DNA of 64,000 bases from the human T2T-CHM13v2.0 reference genome, Homo sapiens: NCBI RefSeq assembly GCF_009914755.1, contig NC_060937.1; one strand, given 5' to 3'. Under the pieces are notes generated by a model, which worked only from the letters and a program-made list of their open reading frames with translations, searched no databases and was not told where the DNA came from. A program made the position numbers and the translations under genes. Below, in pieces: positions 44,501 through 62,111 of this stretch (its first letter is position 1; every line of letters starts with the position of its first letter).

Positions 44501-44859
44501 GAGTAGGAAAATGATTAAATATACTATAGATATTGGAGAAATGGAACCATATTCAATTACAGTGCAAGCGTATGAAGTTCCATTTCTCACTGTGTCTGAA
44601 GTTCTGCAGTTGGGTTTCTGCCATACTAAGACGGGCGGGAGTCTCCTTGATTGAAGGTCTTCTTAGGTGAAATGCAGGATGACTGGTTATTTTTCTCGGA
44701 AATAAGGCCAGTGCAGATTTGAGAGCAGCACAATTTAGCTTCACCACTGTGCTTCTCAATCTGGAGAAATCCAAGCTATGGCTATGGAGAAGTACAGCAA
44801 GCTTAGATGAGCACTGTACCAGGAATTAGCATTTCAGCCGGAAAGTGCCTGCAGAAGCC

Positions 44860-46145
44860 CAGACTTGTACATCCAACAGTATCCTGGACATCTCTCAGGC
44901 AGGCATCTTAACCTTAACTGATCTAAAACTGACCTCCTGTTCCTCCTTCCCTAACCTGCCCACTCAGTTTATCCCCCTCGGTGCTTGGCAGTGCCATGCT
45001 TCTAGTTGCTCAGGCCAAAAACGTTATGGCTATCCCTGATTCCTCTCTTTCTCTCACATCCAACCCATCAGCACATTCTGTTGCCTTTGTCTCCATAATA
45101 CACAATACGTCTGAATTCTGACCACTTCTCATCACCTCCATTGCCAACATGTTGGTCCAAGTCGCCATCATCTCAAGCTTGGATTGCTGTAGCAGCCTCC
45201 CACTGGATTTCCTATTCCATGCTTGTCCTTGACAGACTGACATCAACCTAGCAGCCTGGTGAACACCAATGGCAGACCATGCATCTCTCTGTCAGAACTC
45301 TCTACTGGCCCCTCATTTCCCTTAGAATAAAAGCCACAGGGTTTCTAGTGGCTTACAAGGCTCTGCAGTCTTAGCTCCTCTTCCTTCTTTGGCCTCCCCT
45401 ATTAAGACTCTCTCCCTCTCTCTTTCTACTCAGCAAAGTCTTCCTTCTTTTTCTCAGCCATCAAACAGCTCAATGTTGGCCTGAGACGGATTCATTAGTG
45501 ATGTTTCATCAGGTGTCTCCATCTAGTGCCTTGAACCTGTTTCAAAAATCATCTCTACACCTTCTGGAGAAAGCGCAAACCACCAGTCCAGTTAATCGGC
45601 GAGACAAGTCAGCTCTACTTCCAAAATATGTGTCTAGCAGGTTCTTTTTCCGCCAACTTCACTGTCAGTAATCCTCATTCCCAGCCCTCAGTTATTATGT
45701 CTGAACTAGGGCCTTACGGCTCTGCTTGGGTGGGCCTCCAGAGACCTTCTCAGGGCAATTCTCGCACCTCTTTACTCAAATGTCTTCTTCTCATGGAGGC
45801 CTATCTTGACCTCCCTATTTAAAATTTAAAAAGTATTCTATTGCACTTCTCCATCATAAATTGAAAATCTAGGATTTCTAGAATCTAAAAATTGAAAATT
45901 TATTAAGATAATTTTATTTATTAACCATGGAATTCTGTATTCAAATAAAATTCAAAATAATTTGATGTCAAAAAAAAAAATTACAACCTGCATATTTTTC
46001 TGCTAGAACATAAACTCCATGAAAGCAAAAATAGTTGTCTTTAAAACAAACAAACAAAAAAAACTGATGTGTTCCTGAGAACTTAGAATAGTGCCTGGAA
46101 ACAGTAGGCACCCATTACATATTGGCTTAATAAATGAATAAGCTG
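44860..46145 (+). mobile_element. L2 fragments
   Basis: 'tagttgctcaggccaaaa...ccacttctcatcacctccattgcca', tail 'agaatagtgcctggaaacagtaggcac'. Confidence 0.75.
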
Positions 46146-47034
46146 AAGGTCCTAGCTCCAGAACTGGATTTGATATTGTGGACAAGACACTTCAACCTTC
46201 TGAAAATTGGTTTCTCCACATATGGAGAGGTGAGGGTCTGCAACTCCTAATTCCTGACTTTGGGGAGACATAAAAACATTCCAAAATGTACATGATGCAA
46301 ATATAACATGGTTCAGGGGCACACGTGGCAGAAGGTGTGAGTGACACAGTGGGCTTGTGCCCCATCCTAGAGCTGCCCTGGCTGCACACCCAGGGCTCAG
46401 TATTTCTCCTCTGGAAAGTTAGCATCACAAATTCTTGTCAAATTCTAATTTAAGGCTAATACGTAGCTGCAGTCTGACTGAATCAGGAAGAATTCAGACC
46501 ACGAAAAGATGAGGGAGCCATAACGGTAAACGCTTCTGGTAAAAAGGCATTGCTATGGGAACTTGCCACTTTGCTTTACATGTGTAGCATTCTGAGTGAC
46601 CAACCAGAATAATAAAGCAGCTCCTTGAATTACTTAAAATCACACCGAAACTCACTGAGGGCTTTGTGACCTAACCTTGCGTTAATGATGTCACTGTGCT
46701 CTGAAGTCCGGAAGTATTGTTACCTTGGGTTTTAACATTTTTGAATAAGTTCTTTATTAAAAATACTTGCATCAGAATTACTTGCCACTTTCTCAAACTG
46801 GTGATTTGTAATTGGAACAGATGCACTGGTGCACACAATTGTGAGAGTCCTATTTTAAAGTGTTCTTCCTCATTTTTAATGAGTTTCCTACCTTTAGGCA
46901 TTGCGATATATGCCTTTATTCATCCTGGTTAAGATTTATAAGCAGCTTATAAATAAAAATTTTAATTTAACTTGTAAATGTAGTAGACATTCAACCACAA
47001 ATGTCTTTTTCCTTAAGAGAGAGAAATAATCTTT

Positions 47035-47820
47035 ACTCATTTACTCATGCATTCATTAATTCAGTTGCATCTCTGATGCATCTACTATGTGTCAAACCCT
47101 GTGTTAAGGGGTGAAGAACAGTAGTTCACAAATGGCCTCAGTCCTTACCCTTATTCATGGAGTGTATAGTCTAGTGAAAGAGAGAGAAATCAGACTAATA
47201 ATTAAATACGATTTAATTAATATCAGGCTGTTACTAAGGAAAAGCAGTAGATTGAGCAGCAGGTAAACCTGAGCTGGTTGGGGTGGGGGCTAGCGTCTCC
47301 ATACCGTGTGCCTTTCCACCTAGGACATGAAGGAGTCAGCCAGGGGAGAACAGGGTCGGTGTTTGTGGGATGCCCTGCATCCCGGAGGGTTGAAGAGCGT
47401 GTGTGATGGTCCTGGGGTGAGTAGGAAAAAAAGAGAAGGCCAAGAAAGAGAGAGACAATAAACTGGAGAGGGCCAAATAATGTGGGGCCTTGTCAGCTAC
47501 GGGTAGAATTTGGGAATATTTGAAGAGTAAGAGGGATCCATTGAAAGGTTTCAAGCAAGAGTGTGACATAACGATTTTATTAAAGCATCACTGTGGTTGG
47601 TGAACGGAGACTGAGCTGGAGGTAAGTGTGGATGGAGGGGCAGCGCTTAGGGGCTTCTGCACTTGTCCCAATATAAACAATTTGGTTTTGTGGTGGCAGT
47701 GGTGGTAAGAATTGATAGTGAAGATGGTGAAAACAGAGCCCGCTGGACACACATTCTGGAAGTAAAACTGGCAAGTCTTGCTGATGGATTGGATGTGTAG
47801 TTTATTATCCAGAAAGTGTT
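47035..47820 (-). mobile_element. L2
   Basis: 'ctcatttactcatgcattcatt' tail, 'ccattgaaaggtttcaagcaagagtgtgacat'. Confidence 0.75.
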
Positions 47821-49590
47821 GAGATGAGTTTTGGAACAGGCTCAAAAGACGCTACAAGAGGACACCTAATGGAACATCAGGAAGGAATCCAGACTCACAG
47901 TGAGGATGATGACATGATGAATTCAGCAGCTGGAGCTGGGTGGTCACCATGGGACAAAAGCTTCGGGGATCTCATTTCAGCAACCTCTTGAATTCCAGCT
48001 CACAATCTGGCATTTACATTCCCCTGCCTGCCAAATGCCAACCTTGGATTTCACTTCTGCAGAGATTTCTGGAGAGTGGTTATTCTATGTGTGTAAAAGA
48101 AGGGCTCATTCTCAGGTGTTTCCTGAGGATCCACAGAGAACTGCCAGTACTTCCAGCATCCTGGAACACTTGTCTTTTAAAAATAATTAAAACTTTTTTC
48201 ACTGAAGTAATACATGCACAGAGTTAAAATAAAAATATGGAAATATGGAAATCAATCAATAAACATATGCAAAGACTTAAAATAGGAAGTGATAGTTCCC
48301 TACTGGGAATCTCTCCCCCGCTCCAACTCCTAGTCTCTAGAAGCAACCACTGTTTACCAGCTATCTTCATCTCTGTAATGATATGACCATATTTATTGAG
48401 GTGAAATTCACACAACATACAGTTTACCATCTTAAAGTGAGCAATTCATAATCGTTTCCAGATTCATCCAACTTGTAGCATGTAGCAGTATTTTGTTCCT
48501 TTTTATGGCTGAATAATATTCCATTGTATGTATATGGCACAATTTGTTTATCCATTCATCCAATGATGAACATTTGGGTAGTTCCTACCTTTCGGCTGTT
48601 ACGAAAAATGCTGCTATAAACATTCATGTTTGGTGTTCATATGTTTTCATTTCTTTTAGATATATACCTAGAAGTAGAATTGCTGGATCATAAGATAATT
48701 CTATGTTTAACATTTTGAGGAGTTGCCAAGCTGTTTTCCAGTGGCTGCACCGTTTCACATTACCACCAGCAATGCATGAAGGTGCCTGTTTCTCTACATC
48801 TTCGGCAGCACTTGTTATTTCCTTTATTTATTTATTTATTTTTTTGTCTATTATAGCTATTCCAATGTGGGTGAAGTGGTATCTCATTATGTTTTGATTT
48901 GCATTTCCTTAATGACCAATTAAGTTGATTAACCTTTTGTGGGCTTTTTGGTTATTTGTACATGAAATATATGTTCATGTCCATTGCCCATTTTTTAAAG
49001 TATTATACTTTAAGTTCTGGGATACATGTACAGAGTGTGCAGATTTGTTATATAGGTATACATGTGCCATGGTGGTTTGCTGCACCCATGAACCCGTCAT
49101 CTACAATAGGTATTTCTCCTAATGCTATCCTTACCCTTGCCCCCCACCCCCTGACAGGCCCTGGTGTGTGATATTCCCCTCCCCTGTGTCCGTGTGTTCT
49201 CATTGTTCAGCTCCCACTTATGAGTGAGAACATGTGATGTTTGGTTTTCTGTTCCTGTGTTAGTTTGCTGAGAATGATGGTTTCCAGCTTCATCCATGTC
49301 CCTGCAAAGGACATGAACTCATTCTTTTTTATGGCTGCGTAGTATTCCATGGTGTATATGTGCCACATTTTCTTTTTTTTTTTTAAATTATACTTTAAGT
49401 TCTAGGGTACATGTGCACAACATGCAGGTTTGTTACATATGTATACATGTGCCATGTTGGTGTGCTGCGCCCATTAACTCGTCATTTACATTAGGTATAT
49501 CTCCTAATGCTATCCCTCCCGCCTCCCCGCACCCCACGACAGGCCCCGGTGTGTGATGTTCCCCTTCCTGTGTCCAAGTGTTCTCATTGT

Positions 49591-53405
<3,815 letters not shown>

Positions 53406-53468
53406 TATGATATTAGCTGGTTATTTTGCTCGTTAGTTGATGCAGTTTCTTCCTAGCCTTGATGGTCT

Positions 53469-54489
53469 TTACAACGTGGCATGTTTTTGCAGTGGTTGGT
53501 ACCGGTTGTTCCTTTCCATGTTTAGTGCTTCCTTCAGGAGCTCTTGAGGTCAGGCCTGGTGGTGACAAAATCTCTCAGCATTTGCTTGTCTGTAAAGGAT
53601 TTTATTTGTCCTTCACTTATGAAGCTTAGTTTGGCTGGATATGAAATTCTGGGTTGAAAATTCTTTTCTTTAAGAATGTTGAATATTGGCCCCCACTCTC
53701 TTCTGGCTTGTAGAGTTTCTGCTGAGAGAGCCACTGTCAGTCTGGTGGGCTTCCCTTTGGAAGTTTCTGATGGGTAACCCGACCTTTCTCTCTGGCTGCC
53801 CTTAGCATTTTTTCCTTCATTTCAACTTTGGTGAATTTGACAATTATGTGTCTTGCAGTTGCTCTTCTCAGGGAGTATCTTTGTGGTGTTCTCTGTATTT
53901 CCTGAATTTGAATGTTGGCCTGCTTTGCTAGGTTGGGGAAGTTCTCCTGGATAATATCCTGCAGACTGTTTTCCAACTTGGTTCCATTCTCCCCGTCACT
54001 TTCAGGTACACCAATCAGACGTAGATTTGGTCTTTTCACATAGTCCCATATTTCTTGGAGGATTTGTTTGTTTCTTGTTACTCTTTTTCTCTAAACTTCT
54101 CTTCTCACTTCATTTCATTAATTTGATCTTCAATCACTGATACCCTTTCTTCCACTTGATCGAATCGTCTACTGAAGCTTGTGCCTTTGTCACGTAGTTC
54201 TCATGCCATGGTTTTCAGTTCCATGAAGTCATTTAAGGCCTTCTCTTCATTGGTTATTCCAGTTAGCCATTCATCTAATCTTTTTTCAAGGTTTTTAGCT
54301 TCTTTGTGATGGGTTCGAAATTCCTCCTTTAGCTCGGAGAAGTTTGATCATCTGAAGCCTTCCCTCAACTTGTTAAAGTCATTCTCTGTCCAGCTTTGTT
54401 TCGTTGCTGGTGAGGAGCTGTGTTCCTTTGGAGGGGGAGAGGCGCTCTGATTTTTAGAATTTTCAGCTTTTCTGCTGTTTTTTCCCTAT
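53469..54489 (-). pseudogene. L1 ORF1 (RNA-binding chaperone), disrupted
   Basis: KRPNLRLIGVPESDGENGTKLEN and LQARREWGPIFNILKEKNFQPRISYPAKLSF lie in different ORFs; start codon reads ATA at 54489-54487. Confidence 0.93.
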
Positions 54490-55063
54490 CTTGGTGGTTT
54501 TATCTACCTTTGGTCTTTGATGATGGTGACGTACAGATGGGGTTTTGGTGTGGATGTCCTTTCTGTTTGTTAGTTTTCCTTCTAACAGACAGGACCCTCA
54601 GCTGCAGGTCTGTTGGAGTTTGCTGGAGGTCCACTCCAGACCCTGTTTGCCTGGGCATCAGCAGTGGAGGTTGCAGAACAGCGAATACTGCTGAGCAGCA
54701 AATATTGCTGCCTGATCGTTCCTCTGGAAGCTTCATCTCAGAGGAGTACCTGCCATGTGAGGTGTCAGTCTGCCCCTACTGGGTGGTGCCTCCCAGTTAG
54801 GCTACTTGGGGGTCATGGACCCACTTGAGGAGGCAATCTGACTGTTCTCAGATCTCAAACTCCGTGGTGGGAGAACCACTACTGTCTTCCAAGCTGTCAG
54901 ACAGGGACATTTAAGTCTGCAGAGGTTTCTGCTGCCTTTTGTTCGGCTATGCCCTGCCCCCAGAGGTGGAGTCTACAGAGGCAGGCAGGCCTCCTTGAGC
55001 TGCAGTGGGCTCCACGCAATTCGAGCTTCCCAGCTGCTTTGTTTACCTACTCAAGCCTCAGCA

Positions 55064-55327
55064 ATGGTGGGTGCCCCTCCCCCAGCCTCACTGCTGCCTT
55101 GCAGTTTGATCTCAGACTGCTGTGCTAGCAATGAGTGAGTCTCCATGGGCGTGGGACCCTCCGAGCCATGTGCGGAATATAATCTCCTGGTGTGCTGTTT
55201 GCTAAGACCGTTGAACAAGCACAGTATTAGGGTGGGAGTGACCCGATTTTCCAGTTGCCGTCTGTCACAGCTTCCCTTGGCTAGGAATGGGAATTCCCTG
55301 ACCACTTGCGATTCCCGGGTGAGGTGA
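55064..55327 (+). pseudogene. L1 ORF0 with premature stop
   Basis: MVGAPPPASLLPCSLISDCCASNE* (TGA 55136-55138), then in-frame MGVGPSEP...IRVGVTRFS. Confidence 0.85.
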
Positions 55328-56622
55328 TGCCTCGCCATGCTTCGGCTCACGCTCGGTGGGCTGCACTGACTGTCCTGCACCCACTGTCTGAGAAGTCCCA
55401 GTGAGATGAACCCGGTATCTCAGTTGGAAACGCAGAAATCACCCAACTTCTGTGTCGCTCACGCTGGGAGCTGTAGACTGGAGCTGTTCCTATTCGGCCA
55501 TCTTGGAACCCACATTTTCTTTATTCATTCTATCATTGATGGGCATTTGGGTTGCTTGCAAGTCTTTGCTATTGTAAATAGTGTGGCAGTAAACATATGT
55601 GTGCATGTGTCTTTATAGTAGAATGATTTATAATCCTTTGCATATATACCCAGTAATGCATTGCCCATTTTTTAACTGGAATTTTTGTCTTTTGTTGAAA
55701 GTGTTCTTTCAATATTTTGGATACTAGGCCCTAATCAGGTATATGATTCGCAGATGTTTTACCTCATTTTGTAGGTTGTCTATCATTTTCTTGAAAGTGT
55801 CAATTTTATTTTTTTTTAATGTAGATAAAGTCCCATTTATCTATTTTTTTCTTTTTGTTGTTTTTGGTGTCATATCCAAGAATCTATTGCCAAATTGTGA
55901 AGATTTACTCTACATTTTCTCCTGAGAGTTTTATAGTTTTAGCTCTTATATTTGGGTTTCTGATCCATTTGGAATTACTTTTTATGTATGAGGTAGGGGT
56001 TCAACTTTATTCTTTTGCAAGTGGTTATCCAGTTGCCAAAGCACCATTTATTGAAGAGACTATTCTTTCCCCATTGAATGGTCTTGGAAGCATTGTCAAA
56101 AATCAATTGGCCATAGATATTGGTTTTATTTCTGGACTGCAGTTCTGTTGGTTTATATGTCTATCCTCATGAAAGTACCACACTATTTTGATTACTGTAA
56201 ATTTTGCAGTAAATTTTGAAATTGAGATGTATGAGTCCTTCATCTTTATTCTTCTTTTTGAGGATTATTTTGGCTATTCAGGGTGCCTTACAATTTCATG
56301 TGAATTTGAGGATCATATTTTCTATTTCTGCAATAAAAAGCCATTAGAATTTTGAATGGGATTATATTGAATCTGTCGATCCTTTTGGGGAGTATTTCCA
56401 TCTTAACAATATTAAAGCTTTCAATCCATTAACATGGGCTGTCTTCTCTTAATATTGTCTCTGATTTCTTTCAACAATATCCTATAGGTCTCAGTGGTCA
56501 AGCCTTTCACTTCCTTGGTTAAATTTATTTCCAGGTGTTTTATTCTTTGGATGTTAATGTAAATGGAATTGTTCACTTAATATTTTTGTCAGATTGTTTA
56601 TTACTGGTGTACAAAAAGATAG

Positions 56623-56988
<366 letters not shown>

Positions 56989-57879
56989 TAGCATTAGTAG
57001 TTTGTGTGTTGTGTGTGTGTATTTGTAATTTTCTATATATAGAATATGTCATTTGAAAATATAGATAGCTTTATTTCTTTATTTCCAACTTGGATGACTT
57101 TTATTTCTTTTTCTTGCCTAAATGCTTGGCTAAGATTTCCAGTACAATGTTTAATAGCAGTGGCAAAAGTGGGTATTCTTTTCTTTTTCCTAATCCTAAT
57201 CTTTCATTTTTTCACCTTTGAGTATAATGGTAGCATGGGTTTTTCACATATACCATTTATCACGTTAAGGAAGCTCTCTTCTAGTCCTAATTTGGTGAGT
57301 GCTTTTATCATAAAAGGGTGCAGCATTTTGTAAAGTGCATATTCTGTATCTGTTAAGATCACCATGTGGTTTTTTCACTTTGTTTGAAGTTCTATTAATA
57401 TAGTGTATTGATTTTTTAAATGTTGAACCATCTTTGCATTCCTGAGATAAATCCCACTTGGTCATGGTGTGTAATTCTTTTAATGTTATGTTGGATTTTG
57501 TTTGCTAGTATTTTTTTGAGGATTTTGCATCTATATTAATAAGAGACAGTGGTCTATAGTTTTCTAGTGGTTTCTCTGTATGGCTTTGGTATCAGGGAAT
57601 GTTGGCCTCATAAAGTGTTTTAAGAAGTATTCCTTCCTTGTCATTTTTTTGGAAGAGCTTGACTAGTACTGGTGTTCATTCCTTTTTAAATATTTGATAG
57701 TCTTCACTAGTGAAATTGTCTGGTCCTGGATTTGCCTTTCTCTGAAGGTTTTTGATTACTGATTCAATCTGTTCTTTGTTATAGGTCTATTGAGGGTTCC
57801 TATTTCTTTTTGAGTCTATTTTGGTAATTTGTGTTTCTAAGAATTTGCCCACTTCATCTAGATTTAATTTGTTGGCATA

Positions 57880-59035
57880 TATTTGGAAAAAACTCAAACT
57901 GCTTTTCGTCTGCTCTCATACCACAATAATCATCAACACAGAATAATACTTCTGTGATCAAATGTAGGGGGTGGGGTTCTCCCCACCACCAAGTGAGCAA
58001 TTGATTCTGCAGCAGACATCAACTGGGTGTCCTCCAGTTCAATTTCATCACTATCTACCTGGAGATATTGTCAGGTCTCTCACAGATTGAGGGCTCAGTC
58101 CCCAAAACCTCAGGCCCCATCAGACCCCAATTGCAAGTCTAAGTCTCCAGAACTTCTGACTGACTGAATTCAAGTTTGGATTCCTATGATCTCCTTTTTG
58201 GAGTAGATGAATTTGCTGGGGCAGCTCACAGAACTCAGGGAAACACTTATGTTTACCCTTTTATTATAAAGGCTGTTACAAAGGATGCAGATAAAGAGAT
58301 GCATAGAGTGAGGAAAGAGAGAATAGGTGGGGAGCTTATATGCCCTCTCTGGGTGCATCACCCTCTAGGAACCTCCATGTGTTCAGCTATTCAGAAACTC
58401 TCTGAACCCAGTCCTTTCGAGTTTTTATAGAAGCTTCATTATGTAGGCATGACTGAAGCATGGGCAACCATGTCAAAATGTGATCGGACAAAAAAGCCAT
58501 GCTCTAAACCTAGCAAGACCTGTCCAGATTCGTTTTGGCCTCTCTGTGTAGCATTCCTTCCGTCGGGGTATGAGGCAAGACCCTTTCTGCTAGAAGGTAA
58601 GAGAAAGAGATTCTATTTATTATAACAAGGGCTATGAGAGTTATGAGCCAGGAACCATGGGTGAAACATATATATACACACACGCACATATATATTATAT
58701 ATATAATACATATATATGTGCGTGTGTGCATATGTGTGTGTATGTGTGTGTATGTGTGTATATATGTGCATGTGTATGTGTGTATATATGTGTGCATGTA
58801 TGTGTGTATATGTGTGTGCATATTCACATACACATATGTATGTATATGCAGACATGTGTATGTGTATATATACACACATATATGCAAAAACGTACATACA
58901 TACACATATGTGTGTATATACAAATATACACATACGTCCACACATATATACACACATATACACATACACACATAAACACACATATATGTATATACAAACA
59001 TATACATGCACACATATATACACATACTTATCACA
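57880..59035 (-). mobile_element. MER21 LTR with 5-bp TSD GCATA
   Basis: Reverse-orientation homologue of 15880-17525 ('caactgggtgtcctccagttcaattt', 'atctacctggagat'); ends 'ttatcaca'; GCATA at 57875-57879 and 59036-59040. Confidence 0.85.
58668..59027. repeat. Compound (TA/TG/CA)n microsatellite
   Basis: ~360 bp of near-continuous purine-pyrimidine alternation. Confidence 0.95.
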
Positions 59036-60683
59036 GCATATAATTGTTCATATTATTCTCTTATTTTAATTTCTATAAAGTTGGTAGTAATATTCTTGCC
59101 TTAATTTATGGTTTTAGTTAGTTTCATCTTCTCTCCTTAGTCAGTCTAGTTAAAAGTTTGTCAATTTTGTTGATCTTTTCAAATAACCAATTTTTGGTTT
59201 TCTTGATTCTTTCTATTGTTTTCCAGTAACACTGTGTAACAACTGCACTATTTCTCAGTGACTTAAAACAACAAACAGTGATTTTTCTTACTTATGGGTC
59301 TACTTGTCAGTTGTGAAAGTTCTTGAAGCTATGCTCCAATTATTTTATTCCTGTAATGTACTTCAATGTGTTATCTTTCAATTGTTTCTCCTTTTTCAAT
59401 CATAGGTGGATTTGTGGGAAATCCACCTAAAACTTACTCTAAACAAATCTGCTGAAGTGCATTTATGTTGCCATTTAGTGACCTTTTTTTTTTTGAGCCA
59501 GATGTAGCAGAATAACTGGATGCAATAACATCTGTGGCCACTACTGTAGAATTGCCCTTTCCAGTCAATCTGCAAAACATCTAATAATATGTCACAATAG
59601 AAAAAAGGCAAATGACTGTGTTCATCTTCCTCACAACTAAGGTTATTGGCAGCAGTTTGCTGTGCGAATAAGAGGACTTTAGCTTTCTAAAAACATTGAC
59701 TTATTTTCATAGAAGGCCTAAGGATTGAAGAATGTCAGCTCAAACAGGGCAAAGGTATCTCTGAGCTTACTCCAGGCAAAATTGAGAACTGGCTCTTTCC
59801 TGTCTCTAAATTGAGTCACTTGGTGTCTCATGCCTATTTCTGCCTGCTGTGTTCTGAGAGGTGGAATGTCATCATCATCACGTTCTCAATGACAGATAGA
59901 ACTTTGTTAGCCCTCCCAGGACTATTTTTATTTTAGAAGGGATCAGGGTCTTAAGCAGAAAAAATGAGATGATATCATTTTTGTCACCAGCCAAGTAAGA
60001 AGATGGATAAGGCAGATGGCCCTTCTAGATACTGTCATATTCAGGGGACAGAATCTGAGAGCTATTTCCAGTCTTTTCAGACTTTGTATATATATTTCAC
60101 TTATCAAGTTTCTCCTTTTTAAAAATCTCACCCTTAGGTATCTCATAGGAGCCCTACATGCTATTTTGGATAGAAAATAGGTGCCATATCGTTTTCCATA
60201 AATAACATAGCTTGTGGCAGTACATATTAGGCATTTGACTGACAATTGTTTCCATAGGTTGTATTTTCATGTAAGTGCATTTGATGTCCAGGCCTACTTC
60301 ATCAATTGCCTACCTGTGTTTTCTATCTTTGATTTGTCTTGGAAACATTTATTTATAATTGATACCATTTTCACTTCCTAAAAGGAATTGAGCAGCACAG
60401 AGTAAAAGATGAAATAATAACTCTTTAAAAATAGAAGTCAGAAATTAAAAGCTATGTAGTAGAGGTAATATTATAAACAACAGGATTTGAAGTCAGGGAC
60501 CTCTAGGAAAATTAACCTCTCTTAGTCCCTGTCTCTTACATGTAAACTAAAACATGTAAACAATTGTACCTATATCCTCGGGTTGTTGTGAAAATTAAAG
60601 TATTTAGTTTGATGCTGGCATATTAGCAAAACTTTTAAAAACTGAAAGGATGGACCAAAACCCCAAGCTTCTTTATTTCCTAT

Positions 60684-62111
60684 TGAGAGGTGACAGCGTG
60701 CTGGCGGTCCTCACAGCCTTCGCTCGCTCTCGGCGCCTCCTCTGCCTGGGCTCCCACTTTGGCGGCACTTGAGGAGCCCTTCAGCCCACCGCTGCACTGT
60801 GGGAGCCCCTTTCTCGGCTGGCCAAGGCCGGAGCCGGCTCCCTCAGCTTGCAGGGAGGTGTGGAGGGAGAGGCGCGAGCGGGAACCTGGGCTGCCTGCGA
60901 CGCTTGCTGGCCAGCTGGAGTTCCGGGTGGGCGTGGGCTTGGCGGGCCCCGCACTCGGAGCAGCGGGCCGGCCCTGCCGGCCCGGGCAATGAGGGACTTA
61001 TCGCCCAGGCCAGCGGCTGCGGAGGATGTACTGGGTCCCCCAGCAGTGCCAGCCCACCGGCGCTGCGCTCAATTTCTCACCGGGCCTTAGCTGCCTTCCC
61101 GCGGGGCAGGGCTCCGGACCTGCAGCCCGCCATGCCTGAGCCTCCCACCCCCTCCATGGGCTCCTGTGCGGCCCGAGCCTCCCCGACGAGCGCCACCCCC
61201 TGCTCCACGGAGCCCAGTCCCATCAACCACCCAAGGGCCGAGGAGTGTGGGCGTGCGGCGCGGGACTGGCACGCAGCTCCACCTGCAGCCCCAGTGCGGG
61301 ATCCACTGGGTGAAGCCAGCTGGGCTCCTGAATCTGGTGGGGACATGGAGAACCTTTATGTCTAGCCCAGGGATTGTAAATATACCAATCAGCACTCTGT
61401 ATCTAGCTCAAGGTTTGTAAACACACCAATCAACACCCTGTGTCTAGCTCAGGGTTTGTGAATGCACCAATCGACACTCTGTATCTAGCTACTTTGGTGG
61501 GGCCTTGGAGAACCTTTGTGTCCACACTCTGTATCTATCTAATCTGGTGGGGAAGTGGAGAACCTTTGTGTCTAGCTCAGGGACTGTAAACGCACCAATC
61601 AGCGCCCTATCAAAAACAGACCACTTGGCTCTACCAATCAGCAGGATGTGGGTGGGGCCGGATAAGAGAATAAAAGCAGGCTGCCCGAGCCAGCAGTGGG
61701 AACCCGCTGGGGTCCCGTTCCACACTGTGGTAGCTTTGTTCTTTTGCTCTTTGCAGTAAATCTTAACTGCTGCTCACTCTGGGTCTACACTGCTTTTATG
61801 AGCTGTAACACTTACCGCGAAGGTCTGCAGCTTCACTCCTGAAGCCAGCGAGACCACGAGTCCACCGGGAGGAAGAACAACTCCAGACGTGCCGCCTTAA
61901 GAGCTGTAACACTCACTGTGAAGGTCCGCAGCTTCACTCCTGAGCCAGCGAGACCACGAACCCACCAGAAGGAAGAAACTCCGAACACATCCGAACATCA
62001 GAAGGAACAAACTCCAGATGCGCCACCTTAAGAGCTGTAACACTCACCGCGAGGGTCCGCGGCTTCATTCTTGAAGTCAGTGAGACCAAGAACCCACCAA
62101 TTCCAGACACA
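60684..62111 (+). mobile_element. Complete solo LTR12C (ERV9 LTR)
   Basis: Starts 'tgagaggtgacagcgtgctggc', CpG-rich U3, tandem 'caccaatc...tgtatctagct' repeats, U5 repeats 'gagctgtaacact', ends 'aattccagacaca'; flanks CTAT/CTAA. Confidence 0.96.
61380..61700 (+). promoter_or_regulatory. LTR12 enhancer/promoter: CCAAT (NF-Y) array, GATA site, AATAAA TATA-like box
   Basis: Five ACCAATC motifs between ~61385 and 61640; 'ggataagagaataaaagc' at ~61660-61678. Confidence 0.75.

Noticed and set aside
44860-47820. Opposite-orientation L2 copies as a long hairpin
   Set aside because: Ancient, highly diverged independent insertions; stable pairing unlikely
58510-59069. Several 110-174 aa ORFs rich in Y/V/C/M/H/T/I
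   Set aside because: Translations of the dinucleotide microsatellite
60690-61420. 198-aa and overlapping GC-rich ORFs; CpG-island-like stretch
   Set aside because: LTR12C U3 sequence; high GC suppresses stop codons; not a host gene
61380-62100. Regularly spaced direct repeats superficially like a CRISPR array
   Set aside because: Known internal tandem repeats of LTR12; no unique spacers; eukaryotic context
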